DNA of 64,000 bases from Deltaproteobacteria bacterium. Its GTDB lineage: Bacteria > Desulfobacterota > Desulfobaccia > Desulfobaccales > 0-14-0-80-60-11. Positions 26,602 to 34,985 of the stretch are shown here, piece after piece; position 1 is the first letter of the stretch, and each line of letters starts with the position of its first letter. Both the position numbers and the translations under genes were made by a program. The notes below the pieces were generated by a model. That model made no database searches and was not told where the DNA came from. It saw only the letters and a program-made list of their open reading frames with translations. The stretch covers positions 1,280 to 65,279 of the forward strand of contig JAKAKP010000140.1 in NCBI GenBank assembly GCA_021813445.1, in the 5' to 3' direction.

Positions 26602-27387
26602 CTAGGCTCCCTGAAAAGCCGGGGGCCTTTTCTCCAGGAAGGCGTTTTTGCCCTCCAGGTAATCCTGGCTGTCATAGACCCGCCGCCGCAGCCCCTGGAG
26701 CCGTTCAAAGGTTTCCGGACTTAAGGGGTGGGAGTTGGCCAGAATTCGCAATTGTTCCTTGAGCACCCCGATGCTCAAGGGCGAGTTGGCCGCGATTTGC
26801 CGGGCCATGGCCCGGGTAAAGGCCTCTAACTCCCCAGCGGGCACCAGGTGGTTGAGAATCCCCAACTTTTCGGCCCGGGCCGCGCCCACCGGCTGGGCGG
26901 TGAAGAGCATCTCCTTGGCCAGATTGAGACCGACGCCGCAGAGAAAGTGGAGCAGCCCGGAGGAGCTATAGGGGATGCCGATTTTGGCCGGAGTCATGGC
27001 GAAGGTGGTCCGGGGGGTGCCGATGAGGATGTCGCAGCTCAAGGCCAGGTCACAGGCCGCGCCCCAGACGCTGCCGCCGATCATGGCGATCACCGGTGCG
27101 GGGAACCGTTGAATACAGCGCCCGGCCTGGTCAAAGGGATCATCGTAAGGAAAGGGGTCCCGGCCCGGATTGGGGAGTTCGTTGACGTCGAGCCCCGCGG
27201 ACCAGACCTTGGCCCCCGCCGCGGCCCTGAGAATAATAACCCGGGCTTTTTGCTCCCGCATATCCTTGAGAGCGGCAATGAGTTCTTTTAATAACGCCGC
27301 ACTCAGACAATTGCGTTTCTCATGATTATTAAAGGTGATAGTACCGATCATTTCGCCAAAATCAGTCAAGATTAAGCTCATGTCCAA
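26602..27387 (-). CDS. Crotonase-fold methylmalonyl-CoA decarboxylase-like enzyme (YgfG/ScpB-like)
   Basis: 261 aa, collinear with E. coli YgfG as I remember it. Matching segments are ...VIILRAAAGAKVWSAGLDVNELP..GRDPFPYDDP..., GGSVWGAA, and the C-terminus RRRVYDSQDYLEGKNAFLEKRPPAF against YgfG RRAVYDSEDYQEGMNAFLEKRKPNF. Confidence 0.8.
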   Translation of the reverse strand: MDMSLILTDFGEMIGTITFNNHEKRNCLSAALLKELIAALKDMREQKARVIILRAAAGAKVWSAGLDVNELPNPGRDPFPYDDPFDQAGRCIQRFPAPVIAMIGGSVWGAACDLALSCDILIGTPRTTFAMTPAKIGIPYSSSGLLHFLCGVGLNLAKEMLFTAQPVGAARAEKLGILNHLVPAGELEAFTRAMARQIAANSPLSIGVLKEQLRILANSHPLSPETFERLQGLRRRVYDSQDYLEGKNAFLEKRPPAFQGA

Positions 27388-27610
27388 TTCTCCAAAATAA
27401 ATCTGATGATTTTGCCGGGGTCAGTAATGAATCCGGAAAATCGTCCGGACATCTAAAATAAAAAACCCCCATGTCCGGCCCCGGTTGGCTCGCACACAGG
27501 GGTAGCCCTTAAACCTTGACAAGAATCGGCAAAGGCTTTTAAAATAAACATGCGCTGTACCCAGCCCCGGCGGTGTTCCCAGCACCAAAGGGGCACTCTT
27601 TTTATCTGTT

Positions 27611-28324
27611 TTATCTTTTTCTGGTCTTAATCTCTTTCCTCAGGTTTTCCTCGGCATCGTAACTGGCCAGGGCGGCCCGTTGCGCCAGCAAATGATCATG
27701 CATGATTTTTTCGGCCGCGGCCGGGTTCTGGTTGTGAAACGCGGCCATAATCAGCCGGTGTTCTTTGAGCGAAGCCTGGAGACGGCCGGTCAGATACAAC
27801 TGCCGCCCCCGCAGGAGCTTGAGGAATTTGCGCAGGTCGCCCACGGTCTTTTGCAGCCAGAGGTTGCCGGCCAGCTTTTGCACGGCGTCATGAAAGATGT
27901 AATTCTGCTCGTAATAGCGCTCGATATCTCCGGCCGTGGCATACTTTTCCAGCTTGGCGTGGATGTCATCCAGGCGCTTGAGGTCCTGGGGCTTGGCCTT
28001 GCGCACCGCGTCATAGGCGCAGCGGCCTTCCAGGAGGGCCATGACCGGAAAGATCTCGTCCAGGTCCTGCTCGGTCAACTCCGCCACGAAACAGCCGCGG
28101 CGGGGCTTGAGCACCACCAGGCCTTCGCTGTTCAGGACCTTCAGGGCCTCCCGCAGGGGGGTGCGGCTGATGCCGAAAGATTCCGCCAGGGCCTGCTCGT
28201 CAATCCAGGCCCCCGGCTTCAGATCATGGCTGTAAATTCTCTGGCGAATGCGTTCGGCGACTTCCTGATAGAGGACCAAAGGTACGATGCGGCTGCTCAT
28301 TTTAGGCCCCCGATGTCCTTGCAT
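27611..28324 (-). CDS. GntR-family transcriptional regulator (FadR/FCD subfamily)
   Basis: Winged HTH LAESFGISRTPLREALKVLNSEGLVVLKPRRG followed by a helical FCD-like C-terminal domain. An alternative ATG lies at 28300. Confidence 0.9.
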   Translation of the reverse strand: MQGHRGPKMSSRIVPLVLYQEVAERIRQRIYSHDLKPGAWIDEQALAESFGISRTPLREALKVLNSEGLVVLKPRRGCFVAELTEQDLDEIFPVMALLEGRCAYDAVRKAKPQDLKRLDDIHAKLEKYATAGDIERYYEQNYIFHDAVQKLAGNLWLQKTVGDLRKFLKLLRGRQLYLTGRLQASLKEHRLIMAAFHNQNPAAAEKIMHDHLLAQRAALASYDAEENLRKEIKTRKR

Positions 28325-28327
28325 TCA

Positions 28328-28347
28328 TAATTCATAATTATGAATTA
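28328..28347. promoter_or_regulatory. Perfect 20-bp palindrome TAATTCATAATTATGAATTA (candidate GntR operator)
   Basis: Read directly from the sequence. It lies 4 nt (or 28 nt) upstream of the GntR start. A half-site-like AATGAAT also occurs upstream of the decarboxylase gene (about 27427). Confidence 0.4.
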
Positions 28348-28378
28348 GAAGGAAAAACCATTTCTGTCAAGTTTTTTT

Positions 28379-28580
28379 CATATCAAGTCGCAACCTAACG
28401 GCAATTTTTCTGTAGGGGCGGACCCATGTGTCCGCCCCAGCGCTCGCAACTTCCGCGGCGCCGTAATTCTATGATCACCTTGTTTTTTGGTGATCGGAAG
28501 ATGGTGTTTTACGCGCACCTGGGGGGCACACACGGGTGCCCCCCTACGAACCCCCCGCCGTTTGACTGCAACTTGGTATC
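28379..28580. repeat. Family B nested inverted-repeat element, long variant (copy B2)
   Basis: The outer arms are ATATCAAGTCGCAACCTAACGGC ... CCGTTTGACTGCAACTTGGTATC. The inner hairpins are GGGGCGGACCCATGTGTCCGCCCC and GGGGGGCACACACGGGTGCCCCCC. Confidence 0.6.
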
Positions 28581-28610
28581 AGACTTGGGGGAAAAGAACG
28601 GCGTGACCAC

Positions 28611-28640
28611 AAAAAAAGGGGCGAATCTTAGGTTCGCCCC
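28611..28640 (-). terminator. Rho-independent terminator of the alcohol dehydrogenase gene
   Basis: The minus strand reads GGGGCGAA-cctaaga-TTCGCCCC followed by TTTTTTT, about 30 nt after the stop codon. Confidence 0.6.
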
Positions 28641-28670
28641 CGGAGGGAAAGAATATCCTGGAATGCCTGC

Positions 28671-29702
28671 TTAGCCGGCAATGCGCAGCACCTTGGCGCC
28701 GCGAATCTTCCTGTCCTTCAGCTCCACCAGGGCCTGATTCGCCTCCTCCAGGGCGTACTCCTGAAACTCCGGCTTCAGCGGAATCTGCGCGGCCAGCTCC
28801 AAAAACTCGGCCACGTCCTGGCGGCTGACATTGGCCACGCTCTTGATCTCCTTTTCCAGCCAAAGATGCCGGGCGTAGTCAATTTGCAGCAGCGCCTCCT
28901 TGTCTACTTCCTCCTTGCGGATGGCATTGATCACCAGCCGGCCCCCTGGTTCCAGGTTCTTTAGGCCCTGGACAACGGGTGCCCAGACCGGGGTGGTGTC
29001 AATGGCCCGGTGCAGCTTTTCCGGGGGCTCATCTCCGAAGTCCCCGGCCCAGAAGGCCCCCAACTCTCTGGCAAAATCCCGCTCCGCCTGGGTCCGGGAG
29101 AAGACCAAAACCTTGCTCCGGGGATAGCGGTGGCGCACCATTTTCAGGACTAGGTGGGCCGAGGCGCCGAAGCCGATCAGACCGAGGCTGTCGCCGTCCG
29201 CCATATTGGTCAGCCGCAGGGAGCGATAGCCGATGGCCCCGGCGCACAGCAGCGGCGCGGCTTCTCCGTCGGCAAAGACCTCCGGGATGGGGTAGGCGAA
29301 ATCCGCGGTGACCGTAGTATATTCTGCGTAGCCGCCGTCCGCGTCCCGGCCGGTGGCCTTGAATTCGGGGCATAGGTTCTCGTTGCCCTGGCGGCAGAAG
29401 GCGCACTCGCCGCAGGCCCAGTTGATCCAGCCGATGCCCACCCGGTCGCCGACCCGGAAGCGGGTCACCTCTTTCCCCATTTTCTCGACCCGGCCGATGA
29501 CCTGGTGTCCCAAGACGATGGGGAACCTCTCCGGCGGGGTCCTCCCTTCGATTTCGTCCAACTCGGTGTGGCAGACCCCGCAGACGGAAACCCGCACCAG
29601 GATTTCCCGGTCTTTTACCTCCGGGATGGGCAAATCCATCAGTTGCAGGGGGGTTTTATTTTGAGCAAGATCGGTGACCCGGGGTAACACCATGGCTTTC
29701 AT
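28671..29702 (-). CDS. Zinc-dependent alcohol dehydrogenase (MDR superfamily)
   Basis: 343 aa. Catalytic-zinc region VSVCGVCHTELDEIEG, structural-zinc Cys cluster CGECAFCRQGNENLC, and NAD fold LGLIGFGASAH. Confidence 0.9.
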   Translation of the reverse strand: MKAMVLPRVTDLAQNKTPLQLMDLPIPEVKDREILVRVSVCGVCHTELDEIEGRTPPERFPIVLGHQVIGRVEKMGKEVTRFRVGDRVGIGWINWACGECAFCRQGNENLCPEFKATGRDADGGYAEYTTVTADFAYPIPEVFADGEAAPLLCAGAIGYRSLRLTNMADGDSLGLIGFGASAHLVLKMVRHRYPRSKVLVFSRTQAERDFARELGAFWAGDFGDEPPEKLHRAIDTTPVWAPVVQGLKNLEPGGRLVINAIRKEEVDKEALLQIDYARHLWLEKEIKSVANVSRQDVAEFLELAAQIPLKPEFQEYALEEANQALVELKDRKIRGAKVLRIAG

Positions 29703-29843
29703 GGGCTTTTCCTCTGCCTTTATCCAACAGTCATCTCAATCCTATTTCAGACCTCATCCTGTATCAACCAGGCGCGGTTAGATCAGCAAAAAAATACCCC
29801 CTTTTCTAAAGCTCATAATTACTCACAAGTTTTTTTTTTGACC

Positions 29844-29896
29844 GGTGGCGCAGCCTTTCTAGGCTGCGCCAAAAAACTGCGCAAGCCTGCCCCACC
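29844..29896. repeat. Palindromic repeat, family C (GGTGGCGCAGCCTTTCTAGGCTGCGCC...)
   Basis: Related copies lie at 10434-10464 and 45531-45588. The flank CACAAGTTTT is shared with the 45.5-kb copy. It is followed by a family D element (CCCCCTTTGAAAAAGGGGGCTGGGGGGATT) at 29927-29960. Confidence 0.6.
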
Positions 29897-30004
29897 AAAG
29901 AATACCTTAAATCAGGCACTTTCTTACTCCCCCTTTGAAAAAGGGGGCTGGGGGGATTTTGAGGCGCCCCAACCTTAAGACCCCGTGGCTCATAAGAATT
30001 TAGC

Positions 30005-30919
30005 TCAACCCACCCCGGCCCAATATGCGTCTACCCTGGCCTGGATTTCCTGCAGCAGGACCTCGTTGCGCGTAGGCGCGAAGAGGTGGGCGAAGCGGCC
30101 CTGGCGTTGCAGGTATTCCTCCACCGGCAACCGGGGGTGGGGGATTTTGGTATGGACGATCTCGCCGTCCACGTATTCCTTGAGGGGCCAGATGCCGGTC
30201 TTCACCGCCAGCCGGCCGATCTCCACCGTGGCCTGGGGGTTGAAGTCCCAGCCCGGGGGGCAGGGGGCCAGCGTGAGGATCAGCCGCGGGCCTTTGAGAT
30301 TCTTGGCTTTCTCGATCTTCCGGGCCAGATCCAGGGGTTCCGCGCCCACCGCAGTAGCGGCGTAGGCCGGCTGATGCGCGGTCCAGATGGCGAAGAGGTC
30401 CTTTTTGTAGCCCGGAAAGCCCCGGGCGCTGAGGCTGGTGGCGGTGCGGGCCGCATGGGGCGTGGCCTCGGAGTATTGCTGGCCGGTGTTGCCGAAGCCC
30501 TCGTTGTCATAACAGAGATAGAGAAAATTGAGACCCCGCTCCAGGGCGCTGGAGGTGGCCGACAACCCCATGCCGTAGGCGGAGCCGTCCCCGGTCAAGA
30601 CCACTACCTCCAGGTCCTCTTCCGGGGCCATGCGGCCCTTAGCCAGCAGCACGTCCAGGGCGTCCCGCACCCCCTGGGCCCCGGCCGGGGCCGAAGCCAT
30701 GGCCGTATAGAGCCAGGAGCCCCGGAAAGGGGTGAAGGGGTAGGTGGCCAGCAGCGTCAGACAGCCCGCGGCATTGACGAACACGGTCTTGGTCCCCAGC
30801 AGGTCATAGACCTCGTGGAGCACTTCCAGCCCCCCGCACCCGGCGCACATGGGCGTGCCGGTGCCCAAAAGATGGAGGGAGGGAAGGGGTTTGGGGGGAG
30901 TGGGTCTCGTGGCGTTCAT
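30005..30919 (-). CDS. 2-oxoacid:ferredoxin oxidoreductase, beta (TPP-binding) subunit
   Basis: CAGCGG near the N-terminus and the TPP motif GDGSAYGMGLSATSSALERGLNFLYLCYDNEGFGNTGQQ. Confidence 0.85.
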   Translation of the reverse strand: MNATRPTPPKPLPSLHLLGTGTPMCAGCGGLEVLHEVYDLLGTKTVFVNAAGCLTLLATYPFTPFRGSWLYTAMASAPAGAQGVRDALDVLLAKGRMAPEEDLEVVVLTGDGSAYGMGLSATSSALERGLNFLYLCYDNEGFGNTGQQYSEATPHAARTATSLSARGFPGYKKDLFAIWTAHQPAYAATAVGAEPLDLARKIEKAKNLKGPRLILTLAPCPPGWDFNPQATVEIGRLAVKTGIWPLKEYVDGEIVHTKIPHPRLPVEEYLQRQGRFAHLFAPTRNEVLLQEIQARVDAYWAGVG

Positions 30920-30976
30920 GGGCTTTTTCCTAAAGAATGCTGAAAGAACTCATAATATCGCGTGGGCGGTTCCACC

Positions 30977-31162
30977 TTACGGTTGCTGGATTTCGACGTC
31001 TCGGGGAAATCTATATGCGGTGGCATCATCAATGCAATTCGCCAACTCTTCCTCCGTGGCATGTTTAGGGTCTTTTAAGGCGTCCAAGGGGCAAATAAAT
31101 TCATTTCCGGCTGCATCTTTTACCCGCACAAAGCGTTTCCCAGCTTCAGTCCATTCTACCAT
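30977..31162 (-). CDS. Small hypothetical protein (61 aa)
   Basis: ATG at 31162 (MVEWTEAGKRF...) is preceded by GGGAGGAG. No recognisable family. Confidence 0.45.
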   Translation of the reverse strand: MVEWTEAGKRFVRVKDAAGNEFICPLDALKDPKHATEEELANCIDDATAYRFPRDVEIQQP

Positions 31163-31351
31163 GGCTATCTCCTCCCTTTTTCCCAGATTCCCTGGATTAA
31201 AATTAATCAGGGCCAGGAGGAAAAACAAGGGTATCTCAGATAGCGCCCAGGAGTGAATGGCAGGATTTAATGGGTTGAATCTTTGAAATCAGTCCCATGG
31301 CTTTAGTCCCAATTTGAGGTCTGTTAACCTGACTCTGTTTTCGAGGGTCTC

Positions 31352-32131
31352 CTACTCTCTTTCCCTGCAATTGGCTACTATCTTATCTTCTATCGCCATT
31401 TGCCGCCAGTAAGAGGCGTGCTCCCGGCCGGGGAACCCGGCGGTTTGGCCGGAGGCATAGATGATCTGGTAGAATTGGTATTGGTCGACCCGGCCATTCT
31501 CCGGGTTTTCGGGGTCCACTGCCCGGATGCCGTACTTCTCGACCCGTTCCTTGATGCCCAGAAGTTGCCGGCGGGCCATAATCGTATCAATTACTTGGAA
31601 GACCCCCACCGCCAGGCGGGCAGTCGGCCCGGCCATATCGCCGGAGATGCGGATTACCAAGCGGGAGCCCTCCCCCTGGGGCTCCACCAGGATATCGATC
31701 ACCATGCGGGCCATGGACCCCAAGAATAATTCCCCCCCGGCCCACCAGACCAGTTCCCGGCCCGGCTCCAGATGCCGCAGATAACCGATGGGGGAGGCGT
31801 CCCCCAACTGCGGCTCCGGGATCCAGGAGACCAGGTGGCGGGCGGACGCCTTGTTGCCGTTATCCAACAGGTCGTAGCTGTACCAACCCGCGCCCCGGCC
31901 AAGCTGCGCCAGCCAGGGCCAGACCACCTGCGGCGGCTGCGTTATGGAAACCGCCCGGGTCATGGCCACCCGGGCCGGAGGACCCCCCTCCAGATAGGCG
32001 TCCCCGGTCATCCGCCGGGCGCACTCTGCCGGGGTGGCGCCCCAACGCGCCCCCCAGGAGGTAAAGGCTTTAAAGAGAAATACGCTTCCCAGCATTAAGG
32101 CGGCGGCAATTATAAAGATGTATGGGTTCAA
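31352..32131 (-). CDS. SRPBCC (START/polyketide-cyclase-like) family protein with N-terminal TM helix
   Basis: ...VVWPWLAQLGRGAGWYSYDLLDN... resembles the Polyketide_cyc2/SRPBCC signature. 259 aa. Confidence 0.55.
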   Translation of the reverse strand: MNPYIFIIAAALMLGSVFLFKAFTSWGARWGATPAECARRMTGDAYLEGGPPARVAMTRAVSITQPPQVVWPWLAQLGRGAGWYSYDLLDNGNKASARHLVSWIPEPQLGDASPIGYLRHLEPGRELVWWAGGELFLGSMARMVIDILVEPQGEGSRLVIRISGDMAGPTARLAVGVFQVIDTIMARRQLLGIKERVEKYGIRAVDPENPENGRVDQYQFYQIIYASGQTAGFPGREHASYWRQMAIEDKIVANCRERE

Positions 32132-32285
32132 CTGTTCTCCTAAAGCAGCTGGGCTGCGGCCATCCTACCCCCGCTCGGCGCGTTTGCGGGTCCAGGTAAG
32201 CAGGACATAGACGGAGGGAAGGGGCTTGGAGGAAGTCATGGAGAAAGTGCTGTCCTCCTTTGCTCAATTTATTCTTTATTAATGA

Positions 32286-32510
32286 TCAAAGTTGCTTAAG
32301 TAACTCTTCCATAGTTACCCTGATATCCTTGGCAATTTGTCGCAACAGAATCGGGGAGATGTCCCGGCCCTGATGAAAGGGCACGGTGGTAAGCCGTCCA
32401 TCAGGGTGACGAAATTGTTTGTGGGAACCTCGCTGCCGCACTTCTATGAATCCTAATCTATTCAGAATGGCGGCAACTTCGCCGGGCTTAAGAACGGGGA
32501 TAGAACCCAT
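32286..32510 (-). CDS. hicA: Type II toxin HicA (mRNA interferase)
   Basis: 74 aa. ...[49 protein letters not shown]..., the canonical HicA/YcfA fold signature. Confidence 0.9.
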   Translation of the reverse strand: MGSIPVLKPGEVAAILNRLGFIEVRQRGSHKQFRHPDGRLTTVPFHQGRDISPILLRQIAKDIRVTMEELLKQL

Positions 32511-32513
32511 GAA

Positions 32514-32723
32514 TCAGGCCACTACCACGTTTTGGATGCCTACAAATTCCGTTTCCAGCTTCGGTTCGCCCTCTTCCCGGAGCATTTCGATGACCTCTTT
32601 CAGGTTCGCATTGAGCTCGTCTAAAGTTGCGCCCTGGGAATGGGCGCCAGGAAACCCCGGCACATACCCGACATATAAACCCGTATCGGGGCATCTCTCT
32701 ATGACCGCACTGAAGACTTTCAT
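32514..32723 (-). CDS. hicB: HicB-family antitoxin, minimal form (69 aa, no DNA-binding extension)
   Basis: MKVFSAVIERCPDTGLYVGYVPGFPGAHSQGATLDELNANLKEVIEML, the HicB/UPF0150 core. It stops 3 nt before the hicA start. Confidence 0.85.
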   Translation of the reverse strand: MKVFSAVIERCPDTGLYVGYVPGFPGAHSQGATLDELNANLKEVIEMLREEGEPKLETEFVGIQNVVVA

Positions 32724-32756
32724 GAAATCATCACTCCTTCTCAATGTTGATCCATT

Positions 32757-32978
32757 TCAACGGGCCAAAGCCTCCAGGGTGGCGCGGTGCTTTTTAATGG
32801 ACTCTTGGGCCAGCTCTTCAATCCGGCCCCATCTCTCTGGCTCCAGGGGACCGGCCAAAAGCAGAATATCTCCGCCGATCTCGACGGCCTCAAAGACCCG
32901 GCCTTCCTCCACTTCCTGGAAGGTGTCCGGCATCACCACTTGCCCCTTTTCCTTCTTGACGGTGCCCAGGTATTTCAT
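32757..32978 (-). CDS. AbrB/SpoVT/MazE-like small protein (possible third component of the hicBA module)
   Basis: 73 aa. The N-terminus MKYLGTVKKEKGQVVMPDTFQEVEEGRVFEAVEIGGDILLLAGP is reminiscent of swapped-hairpin AbrB-fold antitoxins. The gene lies 33 nt upstream of hicB. The assignment is tentative. Confidence 0.4.
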   Translation of the reverse strand: MKYLGTVKKEKGQVVMPDTFQEVEEGRVFEAVEIGGDILLLAGPLEPERWGRIEELAQESIKKHRATLEALAR

Positions 32979-33132
32979 GACTGCGCCTCCATCTCTAAGT
33001 AAAAATCATAAGTATTTTATGGAGGTTATTCAAGGAAAATGAAGACGTCAGGCCACTTCTTTAATGACAACTCAATGCCGTTGATTGCATACAGCAAACC
33101 AAACAACTTTGCCGCATCAGAACACCAGACGA

Positions 33133-33618
33133 TCAGCGTTTGGAAGGGCCCACCCGCCCAATATTATCAACAATCTCTTGCCTGGTTACCTTGCCCTGCT
33201 CCACCGTAATCACCAGGTCCTTTTCATGGATGGGCTGGGGCACGCCGACTTTGAGGATCTTGCCCTGGGGGACCCGGAGCTGGCCGGTAAACCAGGTGGC
33301 GGGGATGGGCGCTTTTTGGCCCGGGAAGAGGGCCTCCAGCCCTACCTCCTTTTTCCCGATCCAGGCCCGGATGCTTTTTAAATATAAGCGCCCCCGGTCA
33401 ATCTCCCAGGTGGCGACGTAGCCCCGCCAGTTGGCGGTGTGGGGCGAGCGGAACTGCGGCCGGGGGTGGCCGGCCCGGTAATACTGCTCCAGGGGCAGGC
33501 TATAGAGAGAATGTCTCTGGCCCTCGATGATGATGGCGTCCGGTATCTGGGTGGTGGCCAGGGCCGCCTGGGGCACCAGGAAGACCAACACCGCCAGCGC
33601 TGTGATCAAGACCCGCAT
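33133..33618 (-). CDS. Secreted hypothetical protein
   Basis: MRVLITALAVLVFLVPQAALA signal peptide at the ATG at 33618. No recognised domain. Confidence 0.5.
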   Translation of the reverse strand: MRVLITALAVLVFLVPQAALATTQIPDAIIIEGQRHSLYSLPLEQYYRAGHPRPQFRSPHTANWRGYVATWEIDRGRLYLKSIRAWIGKKEVGLEALFPGQKAPIPATWFTGQLRVPQGKILKVGVPQPIHEKDLVITVEQGKVTRQEIVDNIGRVGPSKR

Positions 33619-33671
33619 CTTTGCCTCCCCATGGCCCATAAGGACGTCCCTGGCTCATGCCCTGGAAAAAC

Positions 33672-34925
33672 TTACCTGGCTGGTGCGCTAACCCCCAACC
33701 TCTCCCTCTCCGCCTGGGCAATGGCCTGTAGTTTCCTGACCTCCAGCAACTCCTCTTCGGTGTAAAGGAGCCGGGGCGGCGGGGCCTGGCCGCTTTGTGC
33801 GGCCTGGCGGGTGATGGCGGCCATCTCGTAGAACTCTTCCGGCGCCAGGTCCCGGCCCCCCAGGCCGCCGATGAAGCTGGTGAGGATGGGCATGTCCTGG
33901 TGGCCGTAAAGGGCCGAGGCCAGTTCTGCGAAGAGCACCCCGCCTTTGCCCAAGGAGATATTCTGGTCGATGACCGCCGCGCCTTTCTTGCCCCCTAAGA
34001 TTTCCCGGAGCCGGGCCTCCGGGAAGGGCCGGAGCAGCCGGGGCCGCACCAGGCCGATTCGGTGGCCCGCTAGCCTGAGCCGGTCCACCGCGGCCTTGGC
34101 CTTGAGGGCAAAGGAGCCGATCATCACGAAGACTATTTCCGCGTCTGCGGAGCGGTAAGTCTCCACCGCGTCGTGGCGCCGCCCGAATTTTTGGGCGAAT
34201 TCTGCTGCCAGCTCGTCATAGACCGCCAGGCCGTTTAGGGATGCCAGGTGCATCTCGTAGCGGAAATAGGAATAGGCCGTGCCGCTGAGCACCGCCACCG
34301 CCTGGCTCACCGGGGCGCTGGCCCGGAATCGGATGTTGCCGGGCTCGAAAGGCCCCACAAAGGCCCGGGCCGCGTCGGCCTCGGGAATCTCCACCGGCTC
34401 CCGGGTGAAGGAGAGATAAAAGCCGTCCATATTGACGATCACCGGCAGGCGTACTTTTTGGTCCTCGGCCAGAAGGAAGGCCAGGAGCACGGTGTCCAGG
34501 ACCTCCTGGCAGGTGGCGCAGTGAAGCTGCAGAAAGCCCGAGTCCCGGGCCGCCAGGATGTCGTTGTGGTCGGGCTCCAGGGTGATGGGCGCGGACAGTC
34601 CCCGGGAGACGTTCACCAGGACAAAGGGCGCGCGCCAGCCCGCCACGGTGTAGAGCATCTCCATGGCATAGAGCAGACCCTGGCTGGAGGTGGCGGTGAA
34701 GACCCGGACCCCGGCGGCGGCCGCGGCCCCCGCGGCGGTCATCATGGAGTGCTCGGACTCCAGGGTCACCAGGCGGCTGTCCATGAGCCCGTCGTCCATC
34801 CAGTGGGCCAGGGTTTCGATGATCTCCGTCTGGGGGGTGATGGGGAAGGCCGGCACGTAGTCCACCCCCGCCAGCCGCGCCCCCCAGGCCGCCGCGCCGT
34901 TGCCGGTCAAAAGCACCCGGGTCAT
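33672..34925 (-). CDS. 2-oxoacid:ferredoxin oxidoreductase, alpha subunit
   Basis: MTRVLLTGNGAAAWGARLAGVDYVPAFPITPQTEIIETLA..., the typical PorA/VorA N-terminus. 417 aa. Confidence 0.9.
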   Translation of the reverse strand: MTRVLLTGNGAAAWGARLAGVDYVPAFPITPQTEIIETLAHWMDDGLMDSRLVTLESEHSMMTAAGAAAAAGVRVFTATSSQGLLYAMEMLYTVAGWRAPFVLVNVSRGLSAPITLEPDHNDILAARDSGFLQLHCATCQEVLDTVLLAFLLAEDQKVRLPVIVNMDGFYLSFTREPVEIPEADAARAFVGPFEPGNIRFRASAPVSQAVAVLSGTAYSYFRYEMHLASLNGLAVYDELAAEFAQKFGRRHDAVETYRSADAEIVFVMIGSFALKAKAAVDRLRLAGHRIGLVRPRLLRPFPEARLREILGGKKGAAVIDQNISLGKGGVLFAELASALYGHQDMPILTSFIGGLGGRDLAPEEFYEMAAITRQAAQSGQAPPPRLLYTEEELLEVRKLQAIAQAERERLGVSAPAR

Positions 34926-34985
34926 GGTGGGTCTCCTGAGTAGTGATTGGGGGGAGGGGGTAAGGGCCTGTGGCCCTTAGCCCCC

